Program-made: the position numbers and the translations under genes
Shown here: positions 1 to 14,330 of the stretch, one piece after another
Numbering within the stretch: the first letter of the stretch is position 1
Layout: each line of letters opens with the position of its first letter
The notes under the pieces: generated by a model
The model's database searches: none
What the model was told of the DNA's origin: nothing
What the model saw: the letters and a program-made list of their open reading frames with translations, nothing else
Assembly: GCF_009914755.1 (NCBI RefSeq)
Contig: NC_060948.1
Origin: the human T2T-CHM13v2.0 reference genome, Homo sapiens
Reading direction: 5' to 3' (one strand)
Length of the DNA: 64,000 bases

Positions 1-3000
1 TGATATTATTTTAATTTTTTGAATCTTTTAAAACTTGCATTGTGACCTACCATGTTATCGAGAATAACCCATGTCCTGAGAAGAATGTGTATTCTGCAAC
101 TGTTGGATGAAATGTTCTATACATATCCACTGGATTCATTTTATCTATAGTGCAGATTAAGTCCCATGGTTTTTGTTTGTTTGTTTTTTCTTTTTCTGTC
201 TGGAAGGTCTGTCCAATGCTTAAAGTCAGGTCTTGAAGTCTCCAGCTATTATTGTATTGAGGTCTATCTCTTTAGCTCTTATAATATTTGCTGTATATAT
301 CTCTGTGTTCCAGTGTTGGGTGCATATTTATTTACAACTGTTATGTCATCCTACTGAATTGACTCCTTTAATGCTATGTGGTGACCTTCTTTGTCATTCA
401 TGCAGTTTTTGTCTTGAAATCTATTTTGTCTGATATACATTTAGCTACAGCTGCTCTTTTTTTGTTTCCATTGACATGAAATATCTTTTTCCATCCCTTT
501 ACTTTTCACCTATGTATATCTTTATAAGCATTGTATGTTTTTTTTGAAGGCAACAGATTGTTTTGTCTTCCTTTTTTTATCCATTCAGCCATCTCTGTAT
601 TTTGATTGAAATGTTTAGTCCGTTTTCTTTTAATGTTTTTATTGATAAGTAAGAATTTACTCCTTCCATTTTGTTATTTGTTTTCTGGTATGTTTTATGG
701 TCTTCTCACTATTCCTGTCTTCCTTTTAGTGAAGGTGATTTCCACTGCTGGTATTATTTAATTCCTTGCTGTTTATATTTTGTTTATCTATTGTATGTTT
801 TTCAATTTGAGGTTACCATGAGGCTTGCATATACTGTATTATTTTTACTGGTGACAATTTAACACTGATTGCATAAACAAACAAGTAAGAAGACAACTAA
901 TAAAAAGTCCACACTTTAAGTTTATCCCCACCTCCAGTTTTTAACTTCTTATTTTTTCTCTTTATGTCTTATTGCAATGTTTCTTGAAAAATCAGTTATT
1001 ATTTTAATTGTTTCATTATTTAGTCTTTCTACGTAAGAGTGTTTTACACAGCAAAATTACAGTGTTATAGTATTATGTGTTTTACCCTGTGCTATTACCA
1101 GTGAGTTTTGTACCTTCAGATGATTTTTTATTGATCATGAACATGCTTTTTTTCAGATTGCAGAACTTCCTTTAGCATTTTTTATAGGACTGGTCTAGTG
1201 TTGATGAAATCCCTCAGCTTTCCTTTGTCTGGAAAAGTTTTTCTTTCTCTTTCATGGTTGAATAAGGCTTTTGCTGGACATACTATTCTAGGATAAAAGT
1301 TTTTTTTCTTCATCACTTAAATAAGTCATACCACTCTCACCTCTCCTGTAAAGTTTCCACTGAAATGTCTGCTGCCAGATGTATTGGAACTCCATTGTAT
1401 GTTATTAGGTTTTATTTTTTTTCTCTTGCTGCTTTTAGGACTTTTTTTAAACCTTTGACATTTGGAAGTTTGATTATTAAATGCTTTGAGGTATTTCTTT
1501 TTGGGTTGTGTTCTATTACTTTCTTGTACTTAAATATGGATGTCTTTCTCTAGGTTTGGGAATTTATCTGATATTATCCTTTTGAATAAGCTTTTTACTG
1601 CTCTTTTTTTACCTTCTCTGTAAGACCAGTAACTCTTAAATTTGCTCTTTTGAGGTTATTTTTTAGATCTTAGATCTTTAGGCATGCTTCTTTTAATTTT
1701 TTTTTATTTTGTCTCTTCTGACTATGTATTTTCAAACAGTCTGTCTTGAAGCTCACTATTTTTTTCTTCTGCTTGATCAATTCTGTTAATAAGAGACTGA
1801 TACATTATTCAGTATGTCAATTGCATTTTTCAACTCTAGAATTTCTGCTTGATTCTATTTATACATTTTAATCTCTTTGTTAAATTTATCTGATAGATTT
1901 CTGAATTCCTTCTCTGGGTTATTTTGAATTTACTTGAGTTTTCTCAATTTGCTATTTTGAATTCTCCATCTGAAAAGTCACGTATCTCTGTTTCTCCAGT
2001 ATTGGTCCTTGATGCCTTATTTAGTTTGTCTGGTGAGGTCATTTTTTCTTGATTGGTCTTGATGCTTGTAGATGCTCATTGATGTTTCAGCATTTAAGGG
2101 TTAGGCACTTATTGCAGTCTTTGCAATCTGGGCTTGTTTGTGCTTCTTAGGAAGGCTTTCTAGGTATTTGAAGAAACTTGGGCCCCAAACTCAATAATGC
2201 TGTGGTTCTTGCACATTCACAGTGACACCGCCTTGCTGGTATTGTATAAGGATTCAGAAGAATTCTCTAGATTACCATAATGCAGAATCTCTTGTTCTCT
2301 TACCTTATTTTCTCCCAAAAAAACAAAGTGTCTTTTTCTCTCTCTCTGCTGAGCCCCCTTGAACTGGGAATATGGGGACATAAGCATTGCTGTGGCCACC
2401 ACCACAGGGACTCTGCTGGTTCAGACCTAAAGCAAACACAGCACTGGGACTCTCTCAAGGCCTCCTGTAACCACTATCTCACTACCACCTAAGTTAACTC
2501 AATGCCCTAGGGCTTTATAGTTAGCAGTTGGTAAAGCCAGCCATGTTTGTGTCCCTTCCATCAGGGCTGCAAGTTCTTCCAGGCCACCGTTGTGTCTAGA
2601 GATGTTGTCTGGGAGCCAAGTATTGAAGTAAAAAGCCTTGGAAATTTACCTGGAGTTCTATTCTGCTGCAGCTAAGCTGGTACTTAAACCACAAGACAAA
2701 GTCCTTCTCACTCTTTCTTCCACTTTTCATAGGCAGAGGAGCCTCCCGCTGTGGCCAGCACCACAACTGATTCACAGAGGGTACTTCCAGTCCACTGCTG
2801 ATGTTCACTTAAATCCCAAAGACTCTCAGTCACCTTTTGATGAATACTACCAAGCCTGGAATTTACCCTTCAGGGCAGTGGGCTCCCCTCTGGCCCAGGT
2901 AATGTCCATAAACATTGATGAAGAGAGTCTAGGCCTGGACTCAGGGACACCAAGAGTGGTGGTGCTCTACTACTATAGCTCAAGTGGTACCCAAGGTACA

Positions 3001-3927
3001 TGACAAAGTCCTCATTACTTTTTCCCCAGTTTTTCTCAAACAAAAGGAGTCTTTAATTACAGCAAACATTGCTGTAAATCTGCTGGGTTACATCTTAAGC
3101 CAGCACTTCTCAGAGCCCAAGGCCCATAGCATATTAACTGGGTATTGATGTTGATTATTTTGGGCCCAGGGTCTCTTTAGTCAGGAGGTGATGAATCCTG
3201 CCAGGTATCTTCTTTGACTGGGAAGCCGCGAGTTCAATGCAAAGTCCGCCAGTCACTGTGCTCTCTCTGTACCAAGAGTCCTGATTTATCTATGCCTTGT
3301 GGCAACTACCACTGAGTGAAGTAGGAATGGTGCAAGCATTCCCTCAGCCACCCTAACTGGTCTCTCATTAGTGTTCCCCTAGCCCACAGCCTCTGAGTCC
3401 AGCTTAGCACTATGACTTGCTTAGGAATTGCTGTCTTTGTGGGCTTCAAGTTTACTTAGAGCTCCAGGGTACTCCAGCTGTCAGTGGTGAAGCTTGCCGG
3501 AACTCAAACTCTGAGTGATGAGATGGCAATTCCCCTCTGACTAGGGCTGGTCCAACTGTTTCCTCCATTGGAGGATATCAGTTGAGTACAGACCAGTTCT
3601 CTTTTCTCCTGTGACAGCGCAGAACTTAGTTCAAGGTGAAGCCTCACAATTGCTGCACTCTCCCTCTGCCAAGTGCACAGGTTCTCTGCACTGCACAGCT
3701 ATTGCCATGGGATGGGAAACAAATGATGTTGGTGATTTAAGATTGTCTTCCCCGCTCTTTTCAGTGTGTCTTTCAGTGATATGAAGTTAAAACCAAGTAC
3801 TGTGCTCGTTCACCTAATTTTTATTTCTTCTGATGGTGCTTTCTGTGTGAAGTTGTTAAAATTTGGTGTTTGGAGGGGGAGCAGGGCAAATGATGTAGGC
3901 TACTATTCATTTATCTTTCTCTGCCTC
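1..3927 (-). mobile_element. Old L1 (L1MA/L1M1-like), 5' half: ORF2 start, ORF1 and long 5'UTR, degenerate
   Basis: Antisense L1 ORF2-like text (gagaagaatgtgtattctgcaactgttggatgaaatgttct), T-rich ORF1 region at about 1100-2100, GC-richer 5'UTR from about 2150 to 3927. Confidence 0.8.
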
Positions 3928-3957
3928 TTTTTCTTTTATTTTAACCTTAAATCGTAA

Positions 3958-4319
<362 letters not shown>

Positions 4320-4589
4320 ATTCCTGTTTCTATTTCTACATCTCCACGTTCTTTCTCCAACTATCAGAGAGGCCATACTTCCAGAGTGTGACAATCTTCT
4401 TTACTTCACATTGTCATCTTTTTGGTTCTGTGGTTTACTCTGGTAAAATTACAGCTTTGAGAATGTCAAGAAAGGCTTATAACTTAAGCTGAGCAATAAC
4501 TTTTATGCACTTACAAGAATTTAGCATCATTTTCCTTCTTCATGGAAGGACTATTGATGAGAAAAACAAAAACAAACAACAATGTCTTC

Positions 4590-4882
4590 ATTTGTACCAT
4601 AAACTAGGTGGCTTATAAACAACAGAAATTAGTTTTTCACTGTTTTGGGGCCTTGGAATTTCAAGGTCAAGGGGACAGCAGATTTGCTGTCTGATAAGGG
4701 CCTGCTTTCTTGATCACAGAAGGGGCAAGGCAGCTCTTTGGGGGCTTCTTTTTTTATATAAGGGGACAAATTCCATTCATGAGGTTCCTGCTCGCATGAT
4801 TTAATCATCTCCAAAAGGCCTCACTTCCTCACTTTGGGAATTAGATTTCAAGATTTTTGGGGAGACACAAAATTCATGCCAA
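4590..4882 (-). mobile_element. MaLR LTR (MLT1A/MSTD-like)
   Basis: ggtggcttataaacaacagaaatt...ggggagacacaaaattca matches antisense MaLR LTR. Confidence 0.7.
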
Positions 4883-5002
4883 ATCAAACAGTAAGAATGA
4901 CCAAAGTGGAGAAATACATCAGACCTTATCTCTATACCTATGTTTGTAAATCTATACAGTTTTATTTTATTTTCATTGACTCTTGTGATCTGTTTCTATA
5001 TT

Positions 5003-5222
5003 TCTGAGCCAGACTGCCTTAGTCTAATTCTGGTTTTATCACTTGTAAGTATATGCTTTTCAACTAGTTAATAATCTCCCAATGCCTCAGTTTCCCATTT
5101 GTAAAATGGAAATACTAATAGTATCTGCATCATAAGGTTGTTGGAAAGATTACCTGGGTTAATATATGTACCTACATGTAAAACTTTAGAGCAGTATCTA
5201 GCATATAGCCAGCACTAGATAA
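5003..5222 (+). mobile_element. MIR
   Basis: MIR core: gagccagactgcct...tgcctcagtttcccatttgtaaaatgg. Confidence 0.85.
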
Positions 5223-5353
5223 GAATCAACCTTTCAAATCTAAAATGTGTGTGTTTATATGTTTGTATTCATGTACATCCTATGGTGATTAGTAATTGAG
5301 GAATTATTTAAAGATAACTTATACAAAATCACTGATTTTAAATCTAGTGTTTT

Positions 5354-5806
5354 CAATAGCAAAGACTTGGAACCAACCCTAATGTCCATCAATGATAGAC
5401 TGGATAAAGAAAATTGGCACACATATACCATGGAATACTATGCAGCCATAAAAAAGAATAAGTTCATGTCCTTTGCAGGGACATGGATGAAGCTGGAAAC
5501 CATCATTCTCAGCAAACTAACACAGGAACAGAAAACCAAACACTGCATGTTCTCACTCATAAGTGGGAGCTGAACAATGAGAACATGGGCACAGGGAGAA
5601 GAACATCACACACTGGGGCCTGTTGGTGGGTGGGGGGCTAGGGGAGGGAGAGCATTAAGAGAAATACCTAATGTAGGTAATGGGTTGATGGGTGCAGCAA
5701 ACCACTATGGCACGTATATACCTATGTAACAAACCTGCATGTTCTGCTCATGTATCCCAGAACTTAAGTATAATTTTAAAAAAAGAAAAAGAAAGAAAGA
5801 AAAAAA
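5354..5806 (+). mobile_element. 5'-truncated L1PA7/8-like 3' end with A-rich tail
   Basis: ORF2 C-terminus (YTMEYYAAIKKN..SFAGTWMKLETIILSKL), 3'UTR with G-tract, tail at 5778-5806. Confidence 0.95.
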
Positions 5807-6860
5807 TCATACAGTGACACTGGATTAAATATATATATATATATTTACTTAAAAATAAAAATAAAAATAAAATCTGGTGTTTTTACTTATTTATTTAAAA
5901 TTACAATTGTAACTCCCAATTGGATAAGGGCACTTTTTCTGATTAAAAAAGTGAATACGTGTTTTCCCAGAAAGAGCAGGCACAACAAGGTTACATAGGC
6001 AGGAGTGGAAAAGGAGGCACTTTATATAGAATTAATAAGTGGGGTGCCTTGAAGTCATGCTTTCTAGAGGACAGGCAGATAGGAATTAACTAATTTTAAA
6101 AATATTGTGCATACTGCTAGTTATCATAGAAGAACAAGTTCAAACAATGATATCTCAAGTATCAGCTTATCACTATAACATTAAGGAATCAAAGTACAGA
6201 AGAAAACAGAAGGACAAAATCTGTTCTAGTTCAGAAATATAACATAGGGATTTAATCATGTTTTCTTATGTAACAACTAATAATTTTTGTAACACTAACT
6301 GAGGATTTTGCAAAATCCAGTACTATGATATTGTAAAAATAGCTTGATTATTTATAACTGTGATTATATTCACTTGAATGAATACCCCATTTTAGATATT
6401 TCCTTTTTAATTAGAGAGTAAACAATGCAAAACAAAAATCATCAAATTTGGTTGTATGTGGAATTAAAAATACCTTATACTTGAGAGAACACAGTAGCTA
6501 AAATTAATCTCCTTGCTAATTTTAAAAATAAATTATATTCAAATTAAATTCAAATGTCCTATGTTGGGTATGGCTTTTAATGGAGGCATTACTTTCGGAT
6601 GTCCAGACCATAAATATTTTCTTTAAAAACTTTTAATCAACCCTGAGATACCAAGAAGAATAAAATTTATTTTTTTCTGTGACAAACTGAATTACAGATG
6701 TGTTTATTTGCATTAGTGGGTGATAAGAAAAAATAGCTTTCAACACCTTAGAAAACACAAGTATAGTTACAAGTGCCCCAAATAAATAAATTAAAGAAAA
6801 AGCATTTCAAAAACAACGTGAATTATAATGAAGAGACAGGAATATTGAGTGAATTCAAGA

Positions 6861-7328
6861 TGTGGACCCAGAAAATCTGAGACAGGTCTCTGTTAATTTA
6901 GAAAGTTTATTTTGTGAAGGTTGAAGACACGCCCATGATACAGCCTCAGGAGGTCCCGATGACATGTGCCCAAGGTGGTCAGAGAACAGCTTGGTTTTTT
7001 ACATTTTAGGTAGACATGAGACATCAATCAATATATGTAAAAACCACATTGGTTCTGTCTGGAAAGGCAGGATAACTTAAAGCAAAGGCAGGAAAACTTG
7101 AAGTGGGGAGGGGGCTTCCGGGTCACAGGTAGGTGAGAGGCAAAAGTTGCATTCTTTTGGAATTTTGGATTAGCCTTTCCAAAGGAGGCAATCAGATATG
7201 CATTTATCTCAGTGAGCAAAGGGATAACTTTGAATAGAATGGGAGGCAGGTTTGCCCTAAGCAGTTCCAAGCTTGAATTTTCCCTTTAGCTTTGTTATTG
7301 TGGGAGCCCAAGATATTTTCCTTTCACA
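6861..7328 (-). mobile_element. MER4A-type solo LTR (ERV1)
   Basis: TG..CA ends; reverse complement begins tgtgaaaggaaaatatcttggg; homologous to copies at 22169, 45756 and 49817; flanks AAGA/AAAA. Confidence 0.9.
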
Positions 7329-8699
7329 AAAATAACGTTGTGCAAAATGTCTTTCAGAAACAATATGGGTTTTATATGTGTAAGTAAAAAAGAGCATATA
7401 GTATCAGAGATTATCTTTTGCCTCCATTAAATATTTCCAGTTGGAGATTTTCTTTACTTTGCCCCTGCCTCTATATTTTCTATCAACTCCTTCTGCCAGC
7501 CTCATGAATATCTGTGCTCCATATTCTAATTATACGCTCTGCTCCAGGTGAAGCCCCTTATGCATATTATTGATGTCCATATTACTAAGATCAGTAATCG
7601 GTTTACCTAGAACTTATTTATACATTTATATCTACACTTTAATGAATTTTGTTCATTTACCCAGTTATGCTGTTTTCTTATGAACCATAAAGCTCAGAAA
7701 TATGGAGCAAAGAAAAGATGATGGTAGAAATAAAAGTGCTTCCCCGATAGGTATTTTGATTCCTCCTATCTTGTTCTTAGATCTGTTAGCAAGTGTTCCC
7801 TAAAATCTCCAACATTCAATACTCTCACAAGCTTATTTTAAACAGTCTTCACTTCTGACCTGTAAACAGAAAAAAAAATTGCGAGAGAAAAATAATTCTA
7901 AACATTCTTACTTTAAACATGCATTGTTGTTTCTCAGATGAAGTTCTTAGAATCATAATTTGCAGAAGAGTTTATCTTAAAACTTTAAGCTATCATATTG
8001 ATCATATCTCATTAAAAACACATTTTCTTTCAAAGTCTTGAAATGCTAGCAAGCTTGTAGGTTCATATTTTACTTTATCTTATTCCCTTTGAACTCTCCC
8101 AAGTAATTTAATTTCTTAAATTCACCTTGAGCAAACTATTTTTTGCTATCTGCCAGAAAGCAGCTACCATAATCCAAGACCATGGTGGGCAATGTGATTT
8201 CTCTAAAGATAAATTCATTCTTATTATCTGATCACCTCTGGAGGATGAATTCCCCATGCTGTATGAATCTAGAATATTATTCATTAAACCTATTGAGCCT
8301 GCAACATGATCAAATACAGGTAGTACCTGTATAAAACCAGTGGAACTGTTGGAGTCAGGAAAATATAGTTCAGTTCACCACAGGATATTCCAATGACTAT
8401 AAATTAATCAGCTTGCCTTTAGTACCTCCTCCAGATCCCAAGAGAGACAATACAAAGTAGGCAAAAATTGATTTGGGCCTAAGTTTAGAAATATCTCATT
8501 TTTGGTAGATTCAAACTTTGTAATGGTAGTTTAAAAAGACGTTTTCACAATTCCCATATTTCTAAAATAATTTTAGACTTATCTGAATTTTTGTATTTAA
8601 ATATCTTGAAGTTCAGAATTGAGGATTATTTGACTTAGGTTAAAATTTTTATTTATACCACCTATATAGTAGAGATAATTCAAAGCTTCTTGTCAGGGT

Positions 8700-8797
8700 T
8701 TTAGATTCCAAGCTTATGCTGCTGCTGACTCAGTGACCAGAGAGAGTTTCTTAAACTTTTCAGCCTCCATTTTCTCATGCATAAAATAAGTAGTATA
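8700..8797 (+). mobile_element. MIR fragment
   Basis: cagcctccattttctcatgcataaaat resembles the MIR core. Confidence 0.5.
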
Positions 8798-9221
8798 GCA
8801 GGAGTGATACTTTAATTATTTAACAGCCAGTATTATATAGGCACTGGCCAATAAACATAATTTCAATCAGAATAGATACTAGCCAACAGGTGTAAATCAG
8901 GTTAAGTCAGCTGGCTTTATAAATTGTATTCAAAAGGAAGTCATTATACTAAGGCTAGAAATGAAGTTTCATCTCCTATGACATATTTTACTTATTGTGA
9001 ATGGCTTCTTAAAATAGTATGTTGAGAGGAACAGTGAAGTCATATTTGGCTTCTGAGGAGAGATATTGCTCTGATAAATTAGCCACATTTTCCAGATGTA
9101 TAGGAAAGTGAAGTGGTGTTTGTAGTGCTCTATTGTAACATTTCTGGTGTTAAAAACTTGCTTAGAGGCTGCTTAATCTTAACACACAATTCTAGCTTAT
9201 TTGGTTTCTGAGATTAGAGCA

Positions 9222-9393
9222 CAGTGTCAACTGAGAGTAATATCACGCCTCAGGAGGTGTTTAGAAATCTGGAGTTGTTAAGTAGCTAAGGGCTAATAAT
9301 TTTTAATATTCTGTAAACTTTTAGATAGCCCCACACACCTGAAAACATTGTTTTATCCTAAATGTCATAATGCCCCCTGCTGGTCAACACTGC
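9222..9393. mobile_element. MER20-like hAT DNA transposon relic
   Basis: Degenerate similarity to MER20 (gatagccccacac..aaatgtcataatgcc..caacactg). Confidence 0.5.
9368..9386 (-). promoter_or_regulatory. CTCF core motif
   Basis: Minus strand reads TGACCAGCAGGGGGCATTA against consensus TGGCCACCAGGGGGCGCTA. Confidence 0.6.
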
Positions 9394-10004
9394 TATAGTT
9401 TAATAGAAGTTTAATAGAAGAAGCAATACAGAAAATAAGGAAGGGGGCTGCTGTAAGTTTATATAATGACTTTCTTGAAAAGTAGCACTAATAGGAAGAG
9501 AAAAAGCAGAAAAAAATACAATGAGAAAACATATACAATAAATCAAAATGCACAATATAAGATAATTTAATATAAGCACATTAGTCTACAAACATTGGCA
9601 GGTCCTTGAAATAGTACATTATTACAATACTGGAGAATAATTGATTATCACATTGATTGTCTTGAGTTATCAAATGATTAATTTATATATGTGTAAGGTA
9701 AGAGTATAGAGTAGTTTGTAATACATCTTCCAACAAATTTCATGCAAAACGAGTAACAGACATTTTAAAAGGTTTCGATGTTTCAAAGAAACTCCAGAAA
9801 ATATGGTCATCTACAATTGCTCTTCATTTTGCAGAGGAGTTTGTTAAAAAATGAATTGATTCCCTACTCTTGTTCACACCTCAAATCACTACAAACTTGC
9901 TTTCACTCTATTTATCTGAATCTGCTTTCACCAAGTTACTAATAAACTCTCTAGAGCTAAAGGCAATGGACAATTCCTATGGAATGATTCCAACATTTGA
10001 TACT

Positions 10005-10633
10005 TGTGAAAGGAAAATAAATCTTGGGATTTCAAAATCACTAAGCCAAAGGGGAAAATCAATGTGGGAACTGGAAATCTATCTCCCATTTTATTCCTAA
10101 ATAAGATACTTATAAAGATAGAATAGCTATATACCTCCCTCACAATTTTCCCACTAGGAAATGCCTTGTGAGTCTCAAGATCTTTATCTAAAATGGTTCT
10201 GTTGAATTTTACCCTGACAATATAAATTGATAGCTTATCTTCACAGGTGCAACACAAAAGATAGAATGCTGTATTCTGTCTGCTCACCTGAGACAAATGT
10301 ATATCTGATTACTTCCTCTGATATAAAAATGCAGATTTACTGAGCCAGACAAAGGCATAAGTGACTATGCTACACCTCTCTCGAATTTAAATTGTGTATT
10401 CAGTGAAAGGCTAATCCAAGACTCAAAAGAATGCAACTTTTTTCTCTTATCTACCCACAACTTTTTTAACTGTCTTCCTCTTTCCCCATATCCACCCTTT
10501 ACCCTATAAATATTAAAGCCCTCAAAATCATCTTTGGAGACAGGCACAGACATGCTTCTCAGGCATGCATCCTTAACCTTGGCAAAATCTTTCTAAACTG
10601 ACTGAGAGCAGCCTCAGATACTTTTGGTTTACA
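10005..10633 (+). mobile_element. MER4B/D-type solo LTR (ERV1)
   Basis: tgtgaaaggaaaataaatcttggg...ttttggtttaca; perfect 4-bp TSD TACT at 10001-10004 and 10634-10637. Confidence 0.9.
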
Positions 10634-11645
10634 TACTATTGGCCTCTTCTTTCTGCCTGAGATATCTTTGTCCTTGATTTCAACATCATTATTCTTTTGT
10701 TATTTTTTAATTAAATTCTTGGTTCTCTCATTCTCTATCTCCATTGTGAGTGCTTTTTGTATCTGCCACAGAATTAACCATGAACCTCTCTTCTCCTTTT
10801 ACTTTTGTGTGCTTTCTGGGCAATATTATCCATTGATGCTTCAAGTAGCACTTACATATTATAATTCACATCTTCATTTTGAGTCTTAACCACTCTTCTG
10901 GACTCTACTAATAAAAGCTTAAGTCTCCTCATATCTAGATCTTTACTTCAACTGCAGAGGCATAATCCAGAGACCACCTTGACATGTCATATGTCTATGA
11001 AAGTTGTGTAATACAATAAATAGTAACTTCTTAAAGAACTGAATCACCTAATACTTTGTAAGCCAATGTGGCTTGAAAACCTCTTATAAATTTTAGTTAA
11101 AAAACAAGAATGACATCAATGGAACAACCTTTCCAAATATATCAGCTTCTTAGAGCTTTCTGACATTTCAGCCATGTATTAGTCAAAGTGACATGATATT
11201 TAGAAGAAGATTTGTTTATTTCAGGCTTTGATAATTTCCTGTAAACTAACTGGCATTTGGCATCACATAGCTGAAAGGGGCATCAGTTTAAAGATTACAG
11301 GATAAATCATTTGGGAACATTAGTCACTTTCTGAGTCACATAGCTATTTACGTAATTCTATAAATGTATTTCTAATAACTACCTGTTCAATGAAAATATT
11401 ATCTAACTCTGGTTTCCTTTTATGGATTGATAATTACTCTATAATATCTTAATAATTAGGTAGCTAATATGCTATCATGCTATTTCCTTTTGCATATATT
11501 TTTACCTTTTATGAAATAGATTTCCTCCTTATGTACAAATTTATAAGTGCATAATCATAGGCAAGATGTGACTTTACTGACTAAATCTGGTATCTACCTT
11601 TTTTAACTGCCTGATATTTTGTAAATTTATTTTTTACTTACATAC

Positions 11646-12160
11646 TGTGATGGTTAATATTCAGTGTCAACTTGATTGGATTGAAGGATGCAAAGTATTG
11701 TTCCTGGGTATTTCTGTGAGGGTGTTACCAAAAGAGATTAACATTTGAGTCAGTGGACTGGAAGAGGCAGACCCACCCTCAATCTGGGTGGGCACCATCT
11801 AATCATCTGCCAGTATGGCTAGAATAGAGCAGGCAGAAGAAAGTGGAATAAAGAGACTTGCTGAGTCTTCTGGCCTTCATCTATCTCCCATGCTGGATGC
11901 TTCCTGCCCTCGAACATCAGACTCCAAGTGCTTCAGCTTTTGGACTCAGACTTATACCAGTGATTTGCCAGGGTGAAGGCTGCATAGTCAGCTTCCCTCC
12001 TTTTGAGGTTCTGGGATTCAGACTGGCTTCCTTGCTCCTTAGCTTGCAGAGTGCCCCGGGGATTCACCTTGTGATTGTGTGAGTCAATACTCCTTAATAA
12101 ACTCCCTTTCATATATACATAAACCCTATTAGTTCTGTCCCTTTAGAAAACCCTAATACA
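11646..12160 (+). mobile_element. MLT2A (HERV-L) solo LTR, MLT2A2-like
   Basis: tgtgatggttaatatt...ctaataca; perfect 5-bp TSD CATAC. Confidence 0.93.
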
Positions 12161-12469
12161 CATACTTATTATTTACTTATTTTTTTCAGTGTCTTTTGGA
12201 AAGGATGTCATCAGAAATTTCATATTTATTGCTAACTTGCATGTTGCCAGAAATGTCCTAAAATTGTTTTACAGATTTTTTATAATCTTTGTCTACTTTT
12301 GTTGTTGTTTTTCTGCCTAGCTAGTCATTAAATGCACAAATTTATAGGCTGTAATATATGTTTATTGGTCAAAATTGAAGTACTAACAATTACAACCCGG
12401 TAGTTCTAAAAGGCTATTCTAGTGACCTAACATCATAAAAACTATTTGTAAATAGTTTCTCAGTTGACT

Positions 12470-13130
12470 TTCTGACTCATACCTCATTGGCTGTCTTTTC
12501 TCACTCTTCTTGGCTATATACTCTTTCTCTTGCTGCTTTGAATGTTTAAGTGTCCCAAGGTAGAGTTCTAGGACTTCTCTATCTACATTCATTTACTAGG
12601 TCATCTAATTCAGCCCCATGGTTTACAAAACACCCTGTCTTCATGATTCCTGAATTCATATTTCCAGAACAGACCCTGCCCTTGAAATTCACATTACAAT
12701 ATTCAACCGGATACCCAAAAGCTTCAGTTATACATATAAAAGTGACTTTAAATTTAACTTATCTGCAACTAAATCTTTGATTTCCTTCTAAATTTGCTCT
12801 GTTAACAGGTTGTCAAAGTTCAGTAAATGATATTATTAACTCATTCAGGTTGTCAGGCCAAAACATTTGAGAAGATCCTTGACCCCTTTCTTTTTCTCAT
12901 CCCCCAAATCCAGTCCATTCTCAAGGCCATTGGGCTCAGCCTTCAAAGTGTATCACAAATCTGATTACTTGTCACTACCTCCACTGTTACCACCCTAACC
13001 CAAGCCACCATCATATTTTACACAGAAAACTTCAAGAGCCTCCTAACTGTTCTTCCGTTGCTTACTCTTGACCCTCTTGACTATCTATTTTCAACATAGC
13101 AATTACACCAATCACGTTAAAACATAAGGC
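12470..13130 (+). mobile_element. L2 fragment (reverse transcriptase region)
   Basis: gtgtcccaaggtagagttctagg resembles the L2 GVPQGSVLG motif; typical CT-rich L2 text follows. Confidence 0.8.
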
Positions 13131-13266
13131 TTTCAGTATCTGTGACACAATAGGTTCTCTCACTGTAGGCCCTTGGAACATCGTTTTTATTATTTGAAAT
13201 ATTATTTACCCCAGTCATGTTCTATTGGTTAAAAGCTGTACTTCCCTTGGCTGTCAGCTTGGCATC

Positions 13267-13428
13267 TGTATTAGTCAATTGTCCAGAGGGACAGAACTAA
13301 TAGAACATATGTATATGTGAAACGTAGTTTATAGAGAGAATTGGCTCACACAATCACAAGGCAAAGTCCCATGATAGACCATCTGCAAGGTGGAAAAGAA
13401 AGCAGCCACTAGTAGATTTGTCTGAGTT
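13267..13428 (-). mobile_element. MLT2B-like LTR fragment
   Basis: tgtattagtc..ccagagggacagaactaatag..ttggctcacacaatcacaagg. Confidence 0.7.
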
Positions 13429-14099
13429 AAGACTAACAATTTATTGTATTATCTCTAGACTTTTTTTGTTAAGGAAATGGGAAAAGAGATAAATGGTGTG
13501 CCATGAATTGAAGACTATAATATTTCAAATAACCAACTTTCCCACTTCCATTTCCAAACATAACCCCATCTGAAAGTTAAACATATCCTTCCTTTATAGA
13601 CAATCGAACCTCTATTATGTTCCATTAGTTAAAATTCAAAAGTATAATTGCCTTTATGTATAGTTCATTGTGGACAAAGTATCGTCTTGTATATATATGC
13701 CAATGAATGGATCCTGAGACATCTAATGAATTCTTGCCATTTTGAATATAGAAGCCATATATTATGTTATTTTTTTACCTTTATAAGAGCATGACATTTA
13801 TAAAAACATTTAATCTAGTATGAAAACATAAGGTAGAATGCTGGTCCATTCCTTTGTTATAATTGTTTGCTTTGAATCTCAGATTAAGTTAATTACATTT
13901 TTCATTTCATAGTGTACTACTGTTAATACATGAATTACTCTTCTATTTACTATTAACATTTTCTCTTTCTTACCGTGTTCTTTCAATCTACCCTCCATAA
14001 GACTACTTACCTATTGAAAAAACCTCTAGAAAAACCAGTGTTTTAGGAAATAAGCATTTTTTTTTACTTTACTTAAATGATTTCATGCTTTGATCTTTA

Positions 14100-14330
14100 T
14101 TTTTGCCAACTTTCAGTGAGTTCCTTGTAATATTCTAGAGATTATTAATGCTTTGCCAGTGATTAATATTGCAAATATCTTCTCCCACTCAACCATCTTT
14201 CTCTTAATTTTGATTATGGCATCTTTTGCAGAATAGATATCTTGAGTTTAACATAGTCAAATCTAATAATGTTTATCTTTATGTTTGGTGCTTTTAAGGC
14301 TTTGCCAATAATAACTTTATCCATGTCTTC
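14100..14330 (-). mobile_element. Old L1 ORF2 fragment
   Basis: attgcaaatatcttctcccact...catagtcaaatcta is antisense L1. Confidence 0.6.

Noticed and set aside
8799-8920. Possible small hAT MITE (caggagtgatactttaattatttaacagcc...)
   Set aside because: The similarity is too weak and the terminal inverted repeats cannot be confirmed by eye.
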